This document shows, in pieces, positions 56,979-64,000 of a DNA stretch of 64,000 nucleotides. Both the position numbers and the translations under genes were made by a program. The notes under the pieces are model-generated. The model worked only from the letters and a program-made list of their open reading frames with translations. It did not search any database and had not been told where the DNA came from. Position 1 is the first letter of the stretch. Each line of letters starts with the position of its first letter. Origin of the DNA: an uncultured Anaerolineaceae bacterium. Lineage in GTDB: Bacteria; Chloroflexota; Anaerolineae; Anaerolineales; Anaerolineaceae. Location: assembly GCA_964420835.1 (NCBI GenBank), contig CAYQUO010000001.1, positions 19,643-83,642 on the forward strand. Direction: 5' to 3'.

Positions 56979-58532
56979 TCAGCCTTCCTCTCCCAGGAGG
57001 TCGCTGATCACATCGCGCGCCCAGTAGCGTGCCTGTCCCTGGCGGGAAAGGCGGCGGACGGCATCCAGGTGATTGCCCAGGGTGACGATGGACGGCTCTT
57101 CGCTGGTACGGTCATCCTGGTTGCCCACCTGGGGCAGGCCAATGGCGGAAACCAGCCCGTTGCACAGGCAGCGCCGGCCTTCGGTGTTGCGCTCCAGGCC
57201 GCGCTTGGAAACAAAGGAGGACAGCGGGGCAGCCGAACAGCGCTGGAAGAGACGTCGACTGCCGTCCTCCCCCGGCTTGGAGAGCCCCGGCTGCTGGAGG
57301 ATCCCCAGGTCACAAACACGGCGCCGGCGGGTATAGACCTCATCACTGGAGAGGGTGCCCTCCAGTTGGGCGACCTTGAACGGAAAACCCGTCGGCGAGT
57401 AAAGCGTTGTGCGAACCAGCCCGGCATCGCTGATGCCCTGCCTTAACTTGGCAAAGATGGCGTTCCGGTACTCCGGTCTAAGGCCGGATTCTTCCGCCAG
57501 GGCGAAGGCTGTGCCCACCTGGACGCCGCGGGCTCCGGCCGCCTGGGCCTGGGCAAGTTTCTGGCGGCTTCCGTACCCGCCTGCCAGCCAAAAAGGCAGG
57601 CCAGCCTGGCGGATGGCCTCCAGGTCCGGTTCATCTTCGGGCCCGTAAACCGGCTGCCCGCTCTCATCCAGTTTGAGTGGCCCCTGCGGGGCGGCGTTGT
57701 GCCCGCCGGCGGTGTGGTGCTCGATAATGAAACCATCCGGCGGGCCGGACTGGCTCTGCGCCAGGGCCAGCACCAGGTTCTGCAGCGAAACAATGGCCAA
57801 AAAAGCCGGGCGCTTGAGCGGTTCTCCGGCGAGCCGGCCTCCGGCCACCTGCCGGGGGTCGAATTGCAGGTTCAGTTCCTCTCCCGCCTCGCGGTAAAGC
57901 ACGGTAAGGGGCTGCTGGACGGGTTCGTGGCGCGCAAGGCGGCTGCAGGCCTGCGGCAGCCCGTCCGGGTTGCCGGCCCCCACCACAACGCCGTCCACCC
58001 CCGCCAGCATGGCCCCGTACATGCAGTAGACCAGCGGGGCTTCGATCTTGTTCAGGAAATTTATGAAGACCAGGCCGTTGTGGTCCTGGCGGGCCAGCCA
58101 GACCTCGGCAAAACTGGAGGCAATGAGCAGTTCAATGGCTTCCGGTTCCAGCGAAAGCGCCAGTGGCCCCGGGTTGGCAGTTCTTTGAACCTCCACCGCC
58201 CTGCCGTCTACCGTGCGCAGGTTGTGCCGGGGGGTGTTCCGGTAGCGGGCGGTGGGCGCCTTGCCGCCCGGGAGGTAGTACCGCTCGACCAGTTTTGCCC
58301 CAATCCCGGCGTTGAACTGCCGGTCAAATGCCTGCAGGGCGCGGCAGATGTGCCCGCCTGGGTCGCCCAACTGCAGCAGCCGGGCATGGACGATATCCAG
58401 GGCCGTGCCCGAGACGGTTCCGGCGGTGACCCCGGGCTTTTCCATGGCCACCGCCTTGGCCAGTCGCCAGTTGGAGACGTATACCCCCATTCCCCCCTGG
58501 ATCAGGCGTACGGCGTTGAGATCAAACATCAT
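56979..58532 (-). CDS. nitronate monooxygenase / NPD-like FMN oxidoreductase (long form)
   Basis: It has an N-terminal IQGGMGVYVS motif and TIM-barrel text throughout. The ATG at 58532 has AGGAG 6 nt upstream. Confidence 0.78.
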   Translation of the reverse strand: MMFDLNAVRLIQGGMGVYVSNWRLAKAVAMEKPGVTAGTVSGTALDIVHARLLQLGDPGGHICRALQAFDRQFNAGIGAKLVERYYLPGGKAPTARYRNTPRHNLRTVDGRAVEVQRTANPGPLALSLEPEAIELLIASSFAEVWLARQDHNGLVFINFLNKIEAPLVYCMYGAMLAGVDGVVVGAGNPDGLPQACSRLARHEPVQQPLTVLYREAGEELNLQFDPRQVAGGRLAGEPLKRPAFLAIVSLQNLVLALAQSQSGPPDGFIIEHHTAGGHNAAPQGPLKLDESGQPVYGPEDEPDLEAIRQAGLPFWLAGGYGSRQKLAQAQAAGARGVQVGTAFALAEESGLRPEYRNAIFAKLRQGISDAGLVRTTLYSPTGFPFKVAQLEGTLSSDEVYTRRRRVCDLGILQQPGLSKPGEDGSRRLFQRCSAAPLSSFVSKRGLERNTEGRRCLCNGLVSAIGLPQVGNQDDRTSEEPSIVTLGNHLDAVRRLSRQGQARYWARDVISDLLGEEG

Positions 58533-58665
58533 CCTGTGCTCCTTGCCCGCCATCCAGTCTGCGGCGAGCGGAAGGGGATTTACCTGTATATAACCCCGGA
58601 AGGTTGCAGAGGGTATGGTGTGTCCGGGAAATTCCGGCTTCTGTGGAAGGGGGAATCAACAACAG

Positions 58666-58683
58666 GGCGGGGGCAACCCCGCC
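58666..58683 (-). terminator. hairpin downstream of the repeat ORF (GGCGGGG-GCAA-CCCCGCC)
   Basis: A 7-bp GC stem with a GNRA loop lies 45 nt after the stop at 58728. The minus-strand tail CUGUUGUUGAUU is only moderately U-rich. Confidence 0.4.
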
Positions 58684-58727
58684 TTATGCAGGGCAGAGTC
58701 TTCTCGTGGGTTGCTGTTCCCGGCCGC

Positions 58728-59114
58728 CTACCAGGTGCGCCTGGGCCCGGCGGCGTTATCGGCAGCCACCTGGGCCTTCACCTCCGGGGTAACGCAAACT
58801 TTGTCGCCGGGGAAGGCCTCGCGCCAAACGTAGCCTTCAATGCAGTCTTCCGGGCCGGAAACGCGCGAGGCGGCGGCGGCGTTGTCCGCCAGGGTCTGGT
58901 TGCGGACAGCCCCGGTGACACAGACATCATCTCCGGGGGTAGCCTCCCGCCAGACGAAACCAGATGTACAGGTGTGGCCAACCGACCTCCCGTTTGCAGC
59001 AGGATGGGTCAGGGAATGCCGGGCAGGGCGGGGTTTGCGGCCGGGAAACCGCCCCCAAACCAACCGCCATTGCAGAAGCCAGCCCCGGGTGTTCCAGCGC
59101 CGGTCGGGCACCAT
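58728..59114 (-). CDS. possible small ORF or gene remnant with two 32-aa Cys-containing repeats (C..G[FY]VWREA.PGD.VCVT..V..Q..ADNAA)
   Basis: Repeat A (58875-58970) and repeat B (58749-58844) share 21/32 identical residues. A degenerate third copy lies upstream. There is no signal peptide and the start context is poor. Confidence 0.3.
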   Translation of the reverse strand: MVPDRRWNTRGWLLQWRLVWGRFPGRKPRPARHSLTHPAANGRSVGHTCTSGFVWREATPGDDVCVTGAVRNQTLADNAAAASRVSGPEDCIEGYVWREAFPGDKVCVTPEVKAQVAADNAAGPRRTW

Positions 59115-59277
59115 CCACCGTGCCGGTGGTAGTTCCGAACCCTTTACGGGACGGAGAACACCGCAACGCCCCGGATTGGCCTGCATGCAGGGCACACAGC
59201 GAGGGCGCCTTGAGGTAAAATCACTGGCAGGTCGACCCCCACAGGGAGGATGTGCCCTCCCGGCTCCAACGGGGGGA

Positions 59278-60501
59278 ATGGAACCGGAAAGAATGGGAGT
59301 CACAACCGCCACAACAGGCCAGGCCAGGTCCGCCACCGTGCTGCACCGCTCGGTCCTGTTGGCATCCATGGCCTTCACCTTCCTCGGCTTTATGCTGCCC
59401 ATTTACAGCCGGGGCATTGGGGCCAGCGCGGTGGAGATCGGCGGGCTGTACTCCATCTTTACGATCACCGTGCTGATCGGCCGGCCGGTGGTGGGCTGGG
59501 CCATCGACCGTTTTGGCCGGCGGCGCTTCTTCATCACGGCCCTGGCCTTTTACAGTCTGACCATGGTGTTGTTTGCCTTTGCCGGCAGCCTTGGCGGCCT
59601 GTACCTGGCGCGCATGGCCCAGGGGGTGGCCTCCTCGCTGATGTGGATCACCGTGCGCACGATTGTGGCCGACCTGGCTTCCAGCAGCGAACGGGGCAGC
59701 GGCATGGGCAAGGTAAACGAGGCCAGTTACCGCGGCGGGCTGATCGGCGTGTTCCTCGGTTTTGCCATCTTCACCGGCCTGTCGAAAGTGTTCGACCAGG
59801 AGACGGCCTGGATCGCCACCTTTGCCGTTTATGCCCTCCTGGCGGCGGCCGGAGCCTGGTACGCCTGGTCCTGCCTTCCGGAGACGCTGCCCGGCAGGGT
59901 CAGCCGGCCGGTCAACCGGGCGCCCGTCCAGCGCAAACTGCTCCTGCTGCTGGTGGTGGTCTTCACCACCAACCTGGGGCTGGCGCTCATTACGCCCATC
60001 TTCCTCATCTACCTGCAGGACCGCTTCACCACCAACATCACCTCGCTGGCCTGGGCCTTCTTCCCGGCGGGCATCCTGTACAGTTTTTTGCCCTCGCGCC
60101 TGGGAAAACTGAGCGACCGCTATGGCCGGGCGCCGATGATGGCGCTGGGCGTTGTGTTCTCGGCCATCCTCTCGATCTGCATCCCCAGCCTGCCGGGCAT
60201 GGTTTGGCTGGCCGTGCTGTACGCGCTGGAGGCGGTGGGCTGGTCGCTGGCCGACCCGGCCGAAACGGCCATGGTGGCCGACCTGGTGGGGCACGAAGCC
60301 CGCGGGCGGGGTTTTGGCTTTTACGAACTGGCCGCCAGCGTGGGGGCCAGCGCCGGGCCGCTGATCGGCGGCTGGCTGTACGATTCCATCGGCCACAGCG
60401 CCCCCTTCTATTTCAACGGCGGCATGCTCCTCTTCGGGGCTGCCTGGGTTCTGCTCTTCCTGCGTCAAAGGTCTCCCCGGCCGGCGGATGGCGGGGGTTA
60501 G
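59278..60501 (+). CDS. MFS transporter
   Basis: It has about 12 TM segments and motif A (GRPVVGWAIDRFGRRR). The start is set at ATG 59278. The listed start at 58840 gives a non-membrane, Arg/Pro-rich extension. Confidence 0.85.
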   Translation: MEPERMGVTTATTGQARSATVLHRSVLLASMAFTFLGFMLPIYSRGIGASAVEIGGLYSIFTITVLIGRPVVGWAIDRFGRRRFFITALAFYSLTMVLFAFAGSLGGLYLARMAQGVASSLMWITVRTIVADLASSSERGSGMGKVNEASYRGGLIGVFLGFAIFTGLSKVFDQETAWIATFAVYALLAAAGAWYAWSCLPETLPGRVSRPVNRAPVQRKLLLLLVVVFTTNLGLALITPIFLIYLQDRFTTNITSLAWAFFPAGILYSFLPSRLGKLSDRYGRAPMMALGVVFSAILSICIPSLPGMVWLAVLYALEAVGWSLADPAETAMVADLVGHEARGRGFGFYELAASVGASAGPLIGGWLYDSIGHSAPFYFNGGMLLFGAAWVLLFLRQRSPRPADGGG

Positions 60502-60565
60502 GCCAAGCAACTGGTGGCCAGTGGTGATGTCTGACAGCGCTGCCTGGGCGCATGAATGGGGGTGG

Positions 60566-60593
60566 TTGCCATTTAAGCATATTTGGATATAAT
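60566..60593 (+). promoter_or_regulatory. promoter (TTGCCA-N16-TATAAT) of the peroxiredoxin gene
   Basis: ttgcca is at 60566-71 and tataat at 60588-93. The RBS AGGAGG at 60619-24 lies 6 nt before the ATG at 60631. Confidence 0.65.
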
Positions 60594-60630
60594 TGGTAAA
60601 ATTATTAAGACCCAATTCAGGAGGAACCCC

Positions 60631-61380
60631 ATGGCAAAACTGAACACCGGTGACAAGGCGCCCGATTTCATCCTCCCCAGCCACCTGGACAAGCCCGTTC
60701 ACCTGGCCGACCTGAAAGGCAGGACGGTGGTCCTGGTCTTCTTCCCCATGGCCTGGACCCCTATATGAACGAGCCAGATCCCGTCCTACCAGGCCGCCCT
60801 GGCCCGGCTGGCGGGATTAAATGTCCAGGTCCTGGGCATCTCCGTGGATCACGTACCCTGTCTCAAAGCCTGGGCAGAGAGCCTGGGCGGCATCTCCTAC
60901 CCGCTGCTGAGCGACTTCTGGCCGCACGGCGAGACCGCCGGCAAGTACGGTGTGCTGCGGCCGGACGGGATCACCGAGCGCGCCATCTTCATCATTGATG
61001 GAGAGGGCATCATCCGCTATATCGACATTCACGACATCGATGACCAGCCCAGCAACGAAGTGCTCTTTGAAGAGATGCGGAAGATCATCCCTGAGAACTT
61101 CAAGCACGAGCCGCCGGCGCCGAAGAAGGCGCCCCTGCCCCGCGGGGGTGTGGTGATGTACTGCAACTCCTGGTGCCCGGACTGCCGGCGGGCGCGCACG
61201 TGGCTCAAGGAACATAACATCCCCTTCACCGAGGTGGACATTGACCGCACCCCCGGCGCCGGCGAGCAGGTGCGCAAGTGGGCCGGCGGCAACCAGGTTA
61301 CGCCCACCTTTGACATCGATGGCACCATCATCGTTGATTTTGACCAGGCACGCCTGGAAAAAACCCTGCTGCAGAAATGA
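60631..61380 (+). CDS. peroxiredoxin-glutaredoxin-like fusion with in-frame TGA (putative selenocysteine) at the peroxidatic position
   Basis: ORFs 60583-60768 and 60844-61380 are in the same frame, and no stop other than the TGA at 60766-68 lies between them. The translation reads VVLVFFPMAWTPI-U-TSQIPSYQ...LGISVDHVPCLKAW, so the universal Prx motif PxxxTxxC has TGA in place of Cys. The C-terminal domain is VVMYCNSWCPDCRRARTWLKEHNIPFTEVDID, a Grx/NrdH-like CPDC fold. Confidence 0.78.
60777..60818 (+). promoter_or_regulatory. candidate bacterial SECIS hairpin
   Basis: By hand folding, GAUCCCG (60777-83) pairs with CGGGAUU (60812-18). There is a 5-nt internal loop, then CCAG/CUGG and CCG/CGG with a bulged G. 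The 8-nt apical loop is CCCUGGCC. The hairpin starts 8 nt after the UGA, and the loop G residues lie about 35 nt from the UGA. Confidence 0.5.
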
Positions 61381-61387
61381 ACCAGCC

Positions 61388-61420
61388 GCGGGCGGGCAAA
61401 CCCCGCCCGCGTTTTTTTTA
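61388..61420 (+). terminator. rho-independent terminator
   Basis: GCGGGCGGG-caaac-CCCGCCCGC (9 bp) is followed by G and T8. Confidence 0.92.
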
Positions 61421-61545
61421 TCCACCGGCGTTTGTGAGAAATGGGGCATCCCCATGGGAAGTTGCCGGGTGGATGCCTTTGACAGCCCGCCCCGGCTGGG
61501 GTATCATAGCGGCGCAATGCCATCCCAACCCGCCTGCAGGGCCCA

Positions 61546-62961
61546 ATGAACGACCCATTCACAGAAAATGACCCCCAACCCGGCGGGAACGCCGCCAGTG
61601 AGGCTGCGGTTTCCACCGGCAATGAGGCCGACGACACGGCGGAAGATGCCATTCCGGGCGAAGTGGACGCCAGCGAAGAGAGCCGGCCGAAAAGACCCAA
61701 GCCCCTGTTCATCGCCCTGGGGGTTGTGGGCGGCCTGCTGCTACTGGGTATTATGGGCTGGCTGTACTCCCCCTGGCTGAACGACCTGGTTTCCGTCATC
61801 CGCACCTTCACCCCCACACCCCTGCCCCCCACCTTCACCCCGCAGCCCACACGCACGCCAACCTTGACCGCCACGGTGACCATCACCCCCACCATCACCC
61901 CCACACCCCTGCCAGCCTCAGCCTTTGCGGCCGACCCGGCAGGCATCGACCCGCCCATCCCCGGCGTCGCCTGGCCGGTTTACATCCTGGACGAATCCCA
62001 CGCGGTCACCCCCGATCCGCCTTTCGATTCCCCGGTCTGGTCCTCCTCGGCACAGATTGCCGCCGACCTGATGACCGAGATCAGCGAGGGGTATTACGTC
62101 ACCTACGGCGAGGGTTCGGCCACCTGGATGCTGGACATCCAGCCGCCCCCGGGCCTGTATGAGATCCTGGTGATGGACACCTACAATGGCTCGGCCGGTC
62201 CGCTGCAATTCGAGGTGAACCTGGACGGCCAGCCTCAAACACCGCTGAACGGGAGCACATCCATCACCATGCGCTCGCCCAGATTAAGCACACCGCCCCA
62301 GGTGAGCGACCAGTGGAGGAGCCTGGGCTATTTCGACCTGGACCATGCCGGCAGCCTTTCGGTACATACAGCCTGGGAGGCCCGCGACGAGTGGTCGCCC
62401 GTGGCGATTGACCGGGTGGCGGTGGTGCCCCTGCCGGAATCCGCCCGCAGCATGCTGGCCGCCCTGCCAGACGACCGGTTGTACTACCTGGTGGATGATG
62501 CCGCCGCCAGCGTGACGGGACTGGATTCCACGCTGCAGGTCAACGACCGCCTGGCCTGGTTCGACCGCTTCCTGCTGGTGACCAATCCCACCAGCGAAGT
62601 GCAGGTGACCTGGGCGCTTCCGGAGACCGTGCCCCAGGGCACCTGGGAGGTGGTGGTCTGGATACCGGAGAACCTGGGCAACGCCCCATTGAGTTACATG
62701 TTCCTGGTCAACGGCGAAGCCCTTGGCCGGGGGGCGGATGACCAGTTGGAACTGCTCGTCCCCGACGGGCAAGGCAACCGCCCCGGCGGGCAGTGGCTTT
62801 CGCTGGGCGCCTGGGAGATCCCGCTGACCTACGCGCCCACCGTGCGCCTGGGGCTGAAGATGCGCCTGCCTGCGGAGGCGGTTGGCGAGGCGGCTGCCGA
62901 TGCTGTGGCCTTCCTCCTCGTGCCGGGAACCGGGTTCAGCGGCATCACCCCCGAGCCTTGA
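61546..62961 (+). CDS. single-pass membrane-anchored protein with Thr/Pro linker and two related beta-rich extracellular modules
   Basis: It has an acidic cytoplasmic N-terminus, a TM segment (LFIALGVVGGLLLLGIMGWL) and the linker TPTPLPPTFTPQPTRTPTLTATVTITPTITPTPLP. Two modules follow, each containing G.Y/W E..V......G...L.F.V...G...........W.SLG. Confidence 0.5.
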   Translation: MNDPFTENDPQPGGNAASEAAVSTGNEADDTAEDAIPGEVDASEESRPKRPKPLFIALGVVGGLLLLGIMGWLYSPWLNDLVSVIRTFTPTPLPPTFTPQPTRTPTLTATVTITPTITPTPLPASAFAADPAGIDPPIPGVAWPVYILDESHAVTPDPPFDSPVWSSSAQIAADLMTEISEGYYVTYGEGSATWMLDIQPPPGLYEILVMDTYNGSAGPLQFEVNLDGQPQTPLNGSTSITMRSPRLSTPPQVSDQWRSLGYFDLDHAGSLSVHTAWEARDEWSPVAIDRVAVVPLPESARSMLAALPDDRLYYLVDDAAASVTGLDSTLQVNDRLAWFDRFLLVTNPTSEVQVTWALPETVPQGTWEVVVWIPENLGNAPLSYMFLVNGEALGRGADDQLELLVPDGQGNRPGGQWLSLGAWEIPLTYAPTVRLGLKMRLPAEAVGEAAADAVAFLLVPGTGFSGITPEP

Positions 62962-62971
62962 AACCGCATTC

Positions 62972-63020
62972 ATAAAAACACAGGCTGCCCGCTTGCCTGG
63001 CGGACAGCCTGTTGGTTTAA
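62972..63020. terminator. bidirectional terminator between convergent genes
   Basis: ACAGGCTG-C-CCGC-ttgcctg-GCGG-A-CAGCCTGT spans 62980-63012. It is flanked by AAAAA upstream (a U-run for the minus strand) and TGGTTTAAT downstream. Confidence 0.7.
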
Positions 63021-63038
63021 TCGCTTCCTGTCGTCGGA

Positions 63039-64000
63039 TTATTCCTTGATGTACCACTGGTCCGGTTTGTAAGGATAATCCAGGAAGAACTGTCCATTGG
63101 GTCCCTGTGGCGGATAGAAGTTTCCCAGCCGGTCCCTGGCGATCTCGACAGCCGGTTGAGCCCCGAGAACACCGATCATGAACATGTTTTTGCTGTGGAT
63201 GTCACCGATCTCCTGGCCGATCTTGATATATTCATCGGAACCAGGTCGTGCCGATTTGAATTGTTCCGTCAGTTCAAACAGGCGTTTGATATCCGCAGGC
63301 GGTTCTTCACCGCTTGCGCCACCGCTCTTTTGCCATTCCAGGTAGGGAAGCCCGCATTGCGGTTCAAGTACCGGGTCGCCGAAGGGCGGATAGAAACGGT
63401 ATTGGTTTCCCAGGAAGATCTGCTCCAGCGTATGACCGCTGGTGAAGGCGGCTAGGTCGTGGTCGTTGTTGGATACCAGCGAGCGATAGGCTTCGGTGGC
63501 AACCTCCTTGGTCTCGACCTTGACACCCACGGCTTCCCAGAAACTCTTCAGCAGGTTCATGGCCTCGGAGGATATACCCTGGATGGTGTAATTGGCCAGG
63601 ATTACCAGCCGTTTGCCATCCGGGCGCAGGCGCCAGCCCTCTGAATCCCGCTTGTTCAAGCCAAGTTCGTCCAGCATGGCGTTCGCCTTATCCGGGTCAT
63701 ATTCGGCTGCCTTGCTGTACCATTCCGGTTTGGCGAAACTGGTCGTGGGGTCCATGGGCACACCGGTGTTGATCTCCTCGCACTCGCCAAAACAGGTTAC
63801 CTTGTTGACCTCATGGCGGTCGACGGCGATGGACATGGCGTAATTGAAATCCGGATTGGAGAATAGTGCCCGCAGCACGGGGTCTTTGCTGGTGCAGTTG
63901 AAGGAAACCACCGTGCCACCCAGTCCGGAGGGAACCAGATAGGTCTTGTATTTCCCATCCGCCTCTTTTTCCTTAAAGACCGGCACCGAGGTGAACTTTA
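63039..64000 (-). CDS. ABC transporter substrate-binding protein, family 5 (peptide/oligosaccharide type), 5' end beyond the window
   Basis: The C-terminal two-thirds matches an SBP_bac_5-like protein (DRHEVNKV..., LRPDGKRLVILANYT, PQGPNGQFFLDYPYKPDQWYIKE). The listed GTG start is internal. The gene is visibly lower in GC, about 50% in a hand-counted 60-nt line. Confidence 0.78.
   Translation of the reverse strand, partial: KFTSVPVFKEKEADGKYKTYLVPSGLGGTVVSFNCTSKDPVLRALFSNPDFNYAMSIAVDRHEVNKVTCFGECEEINTGVPMDPTTSFAKPEWYSKAAEYDPDKANAMLDELGLNKRDSEGWRLRPDGKRLVILANYTIQGISSEAMNLLKSFWEAVGVKVETKEVATEAYRSLVSNNDHDLAAFTSGHTLEQIFLGNQYRFYPPFGDPVLEPQCGLPYLEWQKSGGASGEEPPADIKRLFELTEQFKSARPGSDEYIKIGQEIGDIHSKNMFMIGVLGAQPAVEIARDRLGNFYPPQGPNGQFFLDYPYKPDQWYIKE

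Noticed and set aside
58840-59277. A 146-aa N-terminal extension of the MFS transporter ORF.
   Set aside because: It is Arg/Pro/Gly-rich with no TM segments. It lies antisense to a region that shows protein-level repeat conservation on the minus strand. The first TM helix follows the ATG at 59278 or 59293.
60766-60768. The TGA in the peroxiredoxin gene read as a plain nonsense mutation or pseudogene, or as the boundary of two small genes.
   Set aside because: The downstream sequence stays in the same frame and keeps Prx family conservation, with no independent RBS or ATG before 60844. The stop replaces exactly the catalytic Cys, and the expression signals and the C-terminal Grx domain are intact. 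Selenocysteine recoding is the simpler explanation, but it still needs the checks listed in the finding.

Overview
This is a 64-kb, high-GC bacterial chromosomal segment. Hand-counted 60-nt coding samples are about 60-68% GC. It is tightly packed with about 60 CDS, many with ATGA-type stop/start overlaps. I found no rRNA, tRNA, CRISPR array, transposase or integrase. The gene content includes a bacterial Elp3 homologue, an archaeal-type AspRS, NurA/HerA, and a split methylmalonyl-CoA mutase B12 subunit with MeaB. This points to a Chloroflexota-like organism, which is inference only. Contents from left to right: (1) a frameshifted beta-propeller gene; (2) iolB-iolD-iolG behind a perfect consensus promoter; (3) mgtC-family and tpiA genes; (4) a long minus-strand housekeeping operon (mcm-B12/meaB/aspS/prs/mutM); (5) gyrA, birA and hsp20; (6) a contiguous sbcD-CNNM-sbcC-GT-GT block; (7) a self-contained low-GC lipoprotein cassette with a long structured leader; (8) a three-gene nurA / HAS-barrel-like ORF / herA operon next to xseAB; (9) a sugar/acyl-modification cluster (MT-GT2, isochorismatase, GNAT, AAC(3), GT39); (10) a copper island (csoR-copZ-copA plus permease-cupredoxin and an HMA protein); (11) a GH1 beta-glucosidase; (12) an mttB-family / GNAT / elp3 string; (13) an NMO-like oxidoreductase and an MFS transporter; (14) a peroxiredoxin-glutaredoxin fusion; (15) a partial family-5 solute-binding protein. 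The strongest second-look items are these. First, the peroxiredoxin has an in-frame TGA exactly at the peroxidatic Cys position (PxxxTxxU) with a downstream hairpin, so it is a likely selenoprotein. Second, the nurA-X-herA operon has an extra translationally coupled ORF that resembles a free-standing HAS barrel. Third, the lipoprotein leader is a candidate riboswitch with weak resemblance to the cobalamin riboswitch core. All calls rest on reading the translations and the DNA by eye. No database search or RNA folding program was run.
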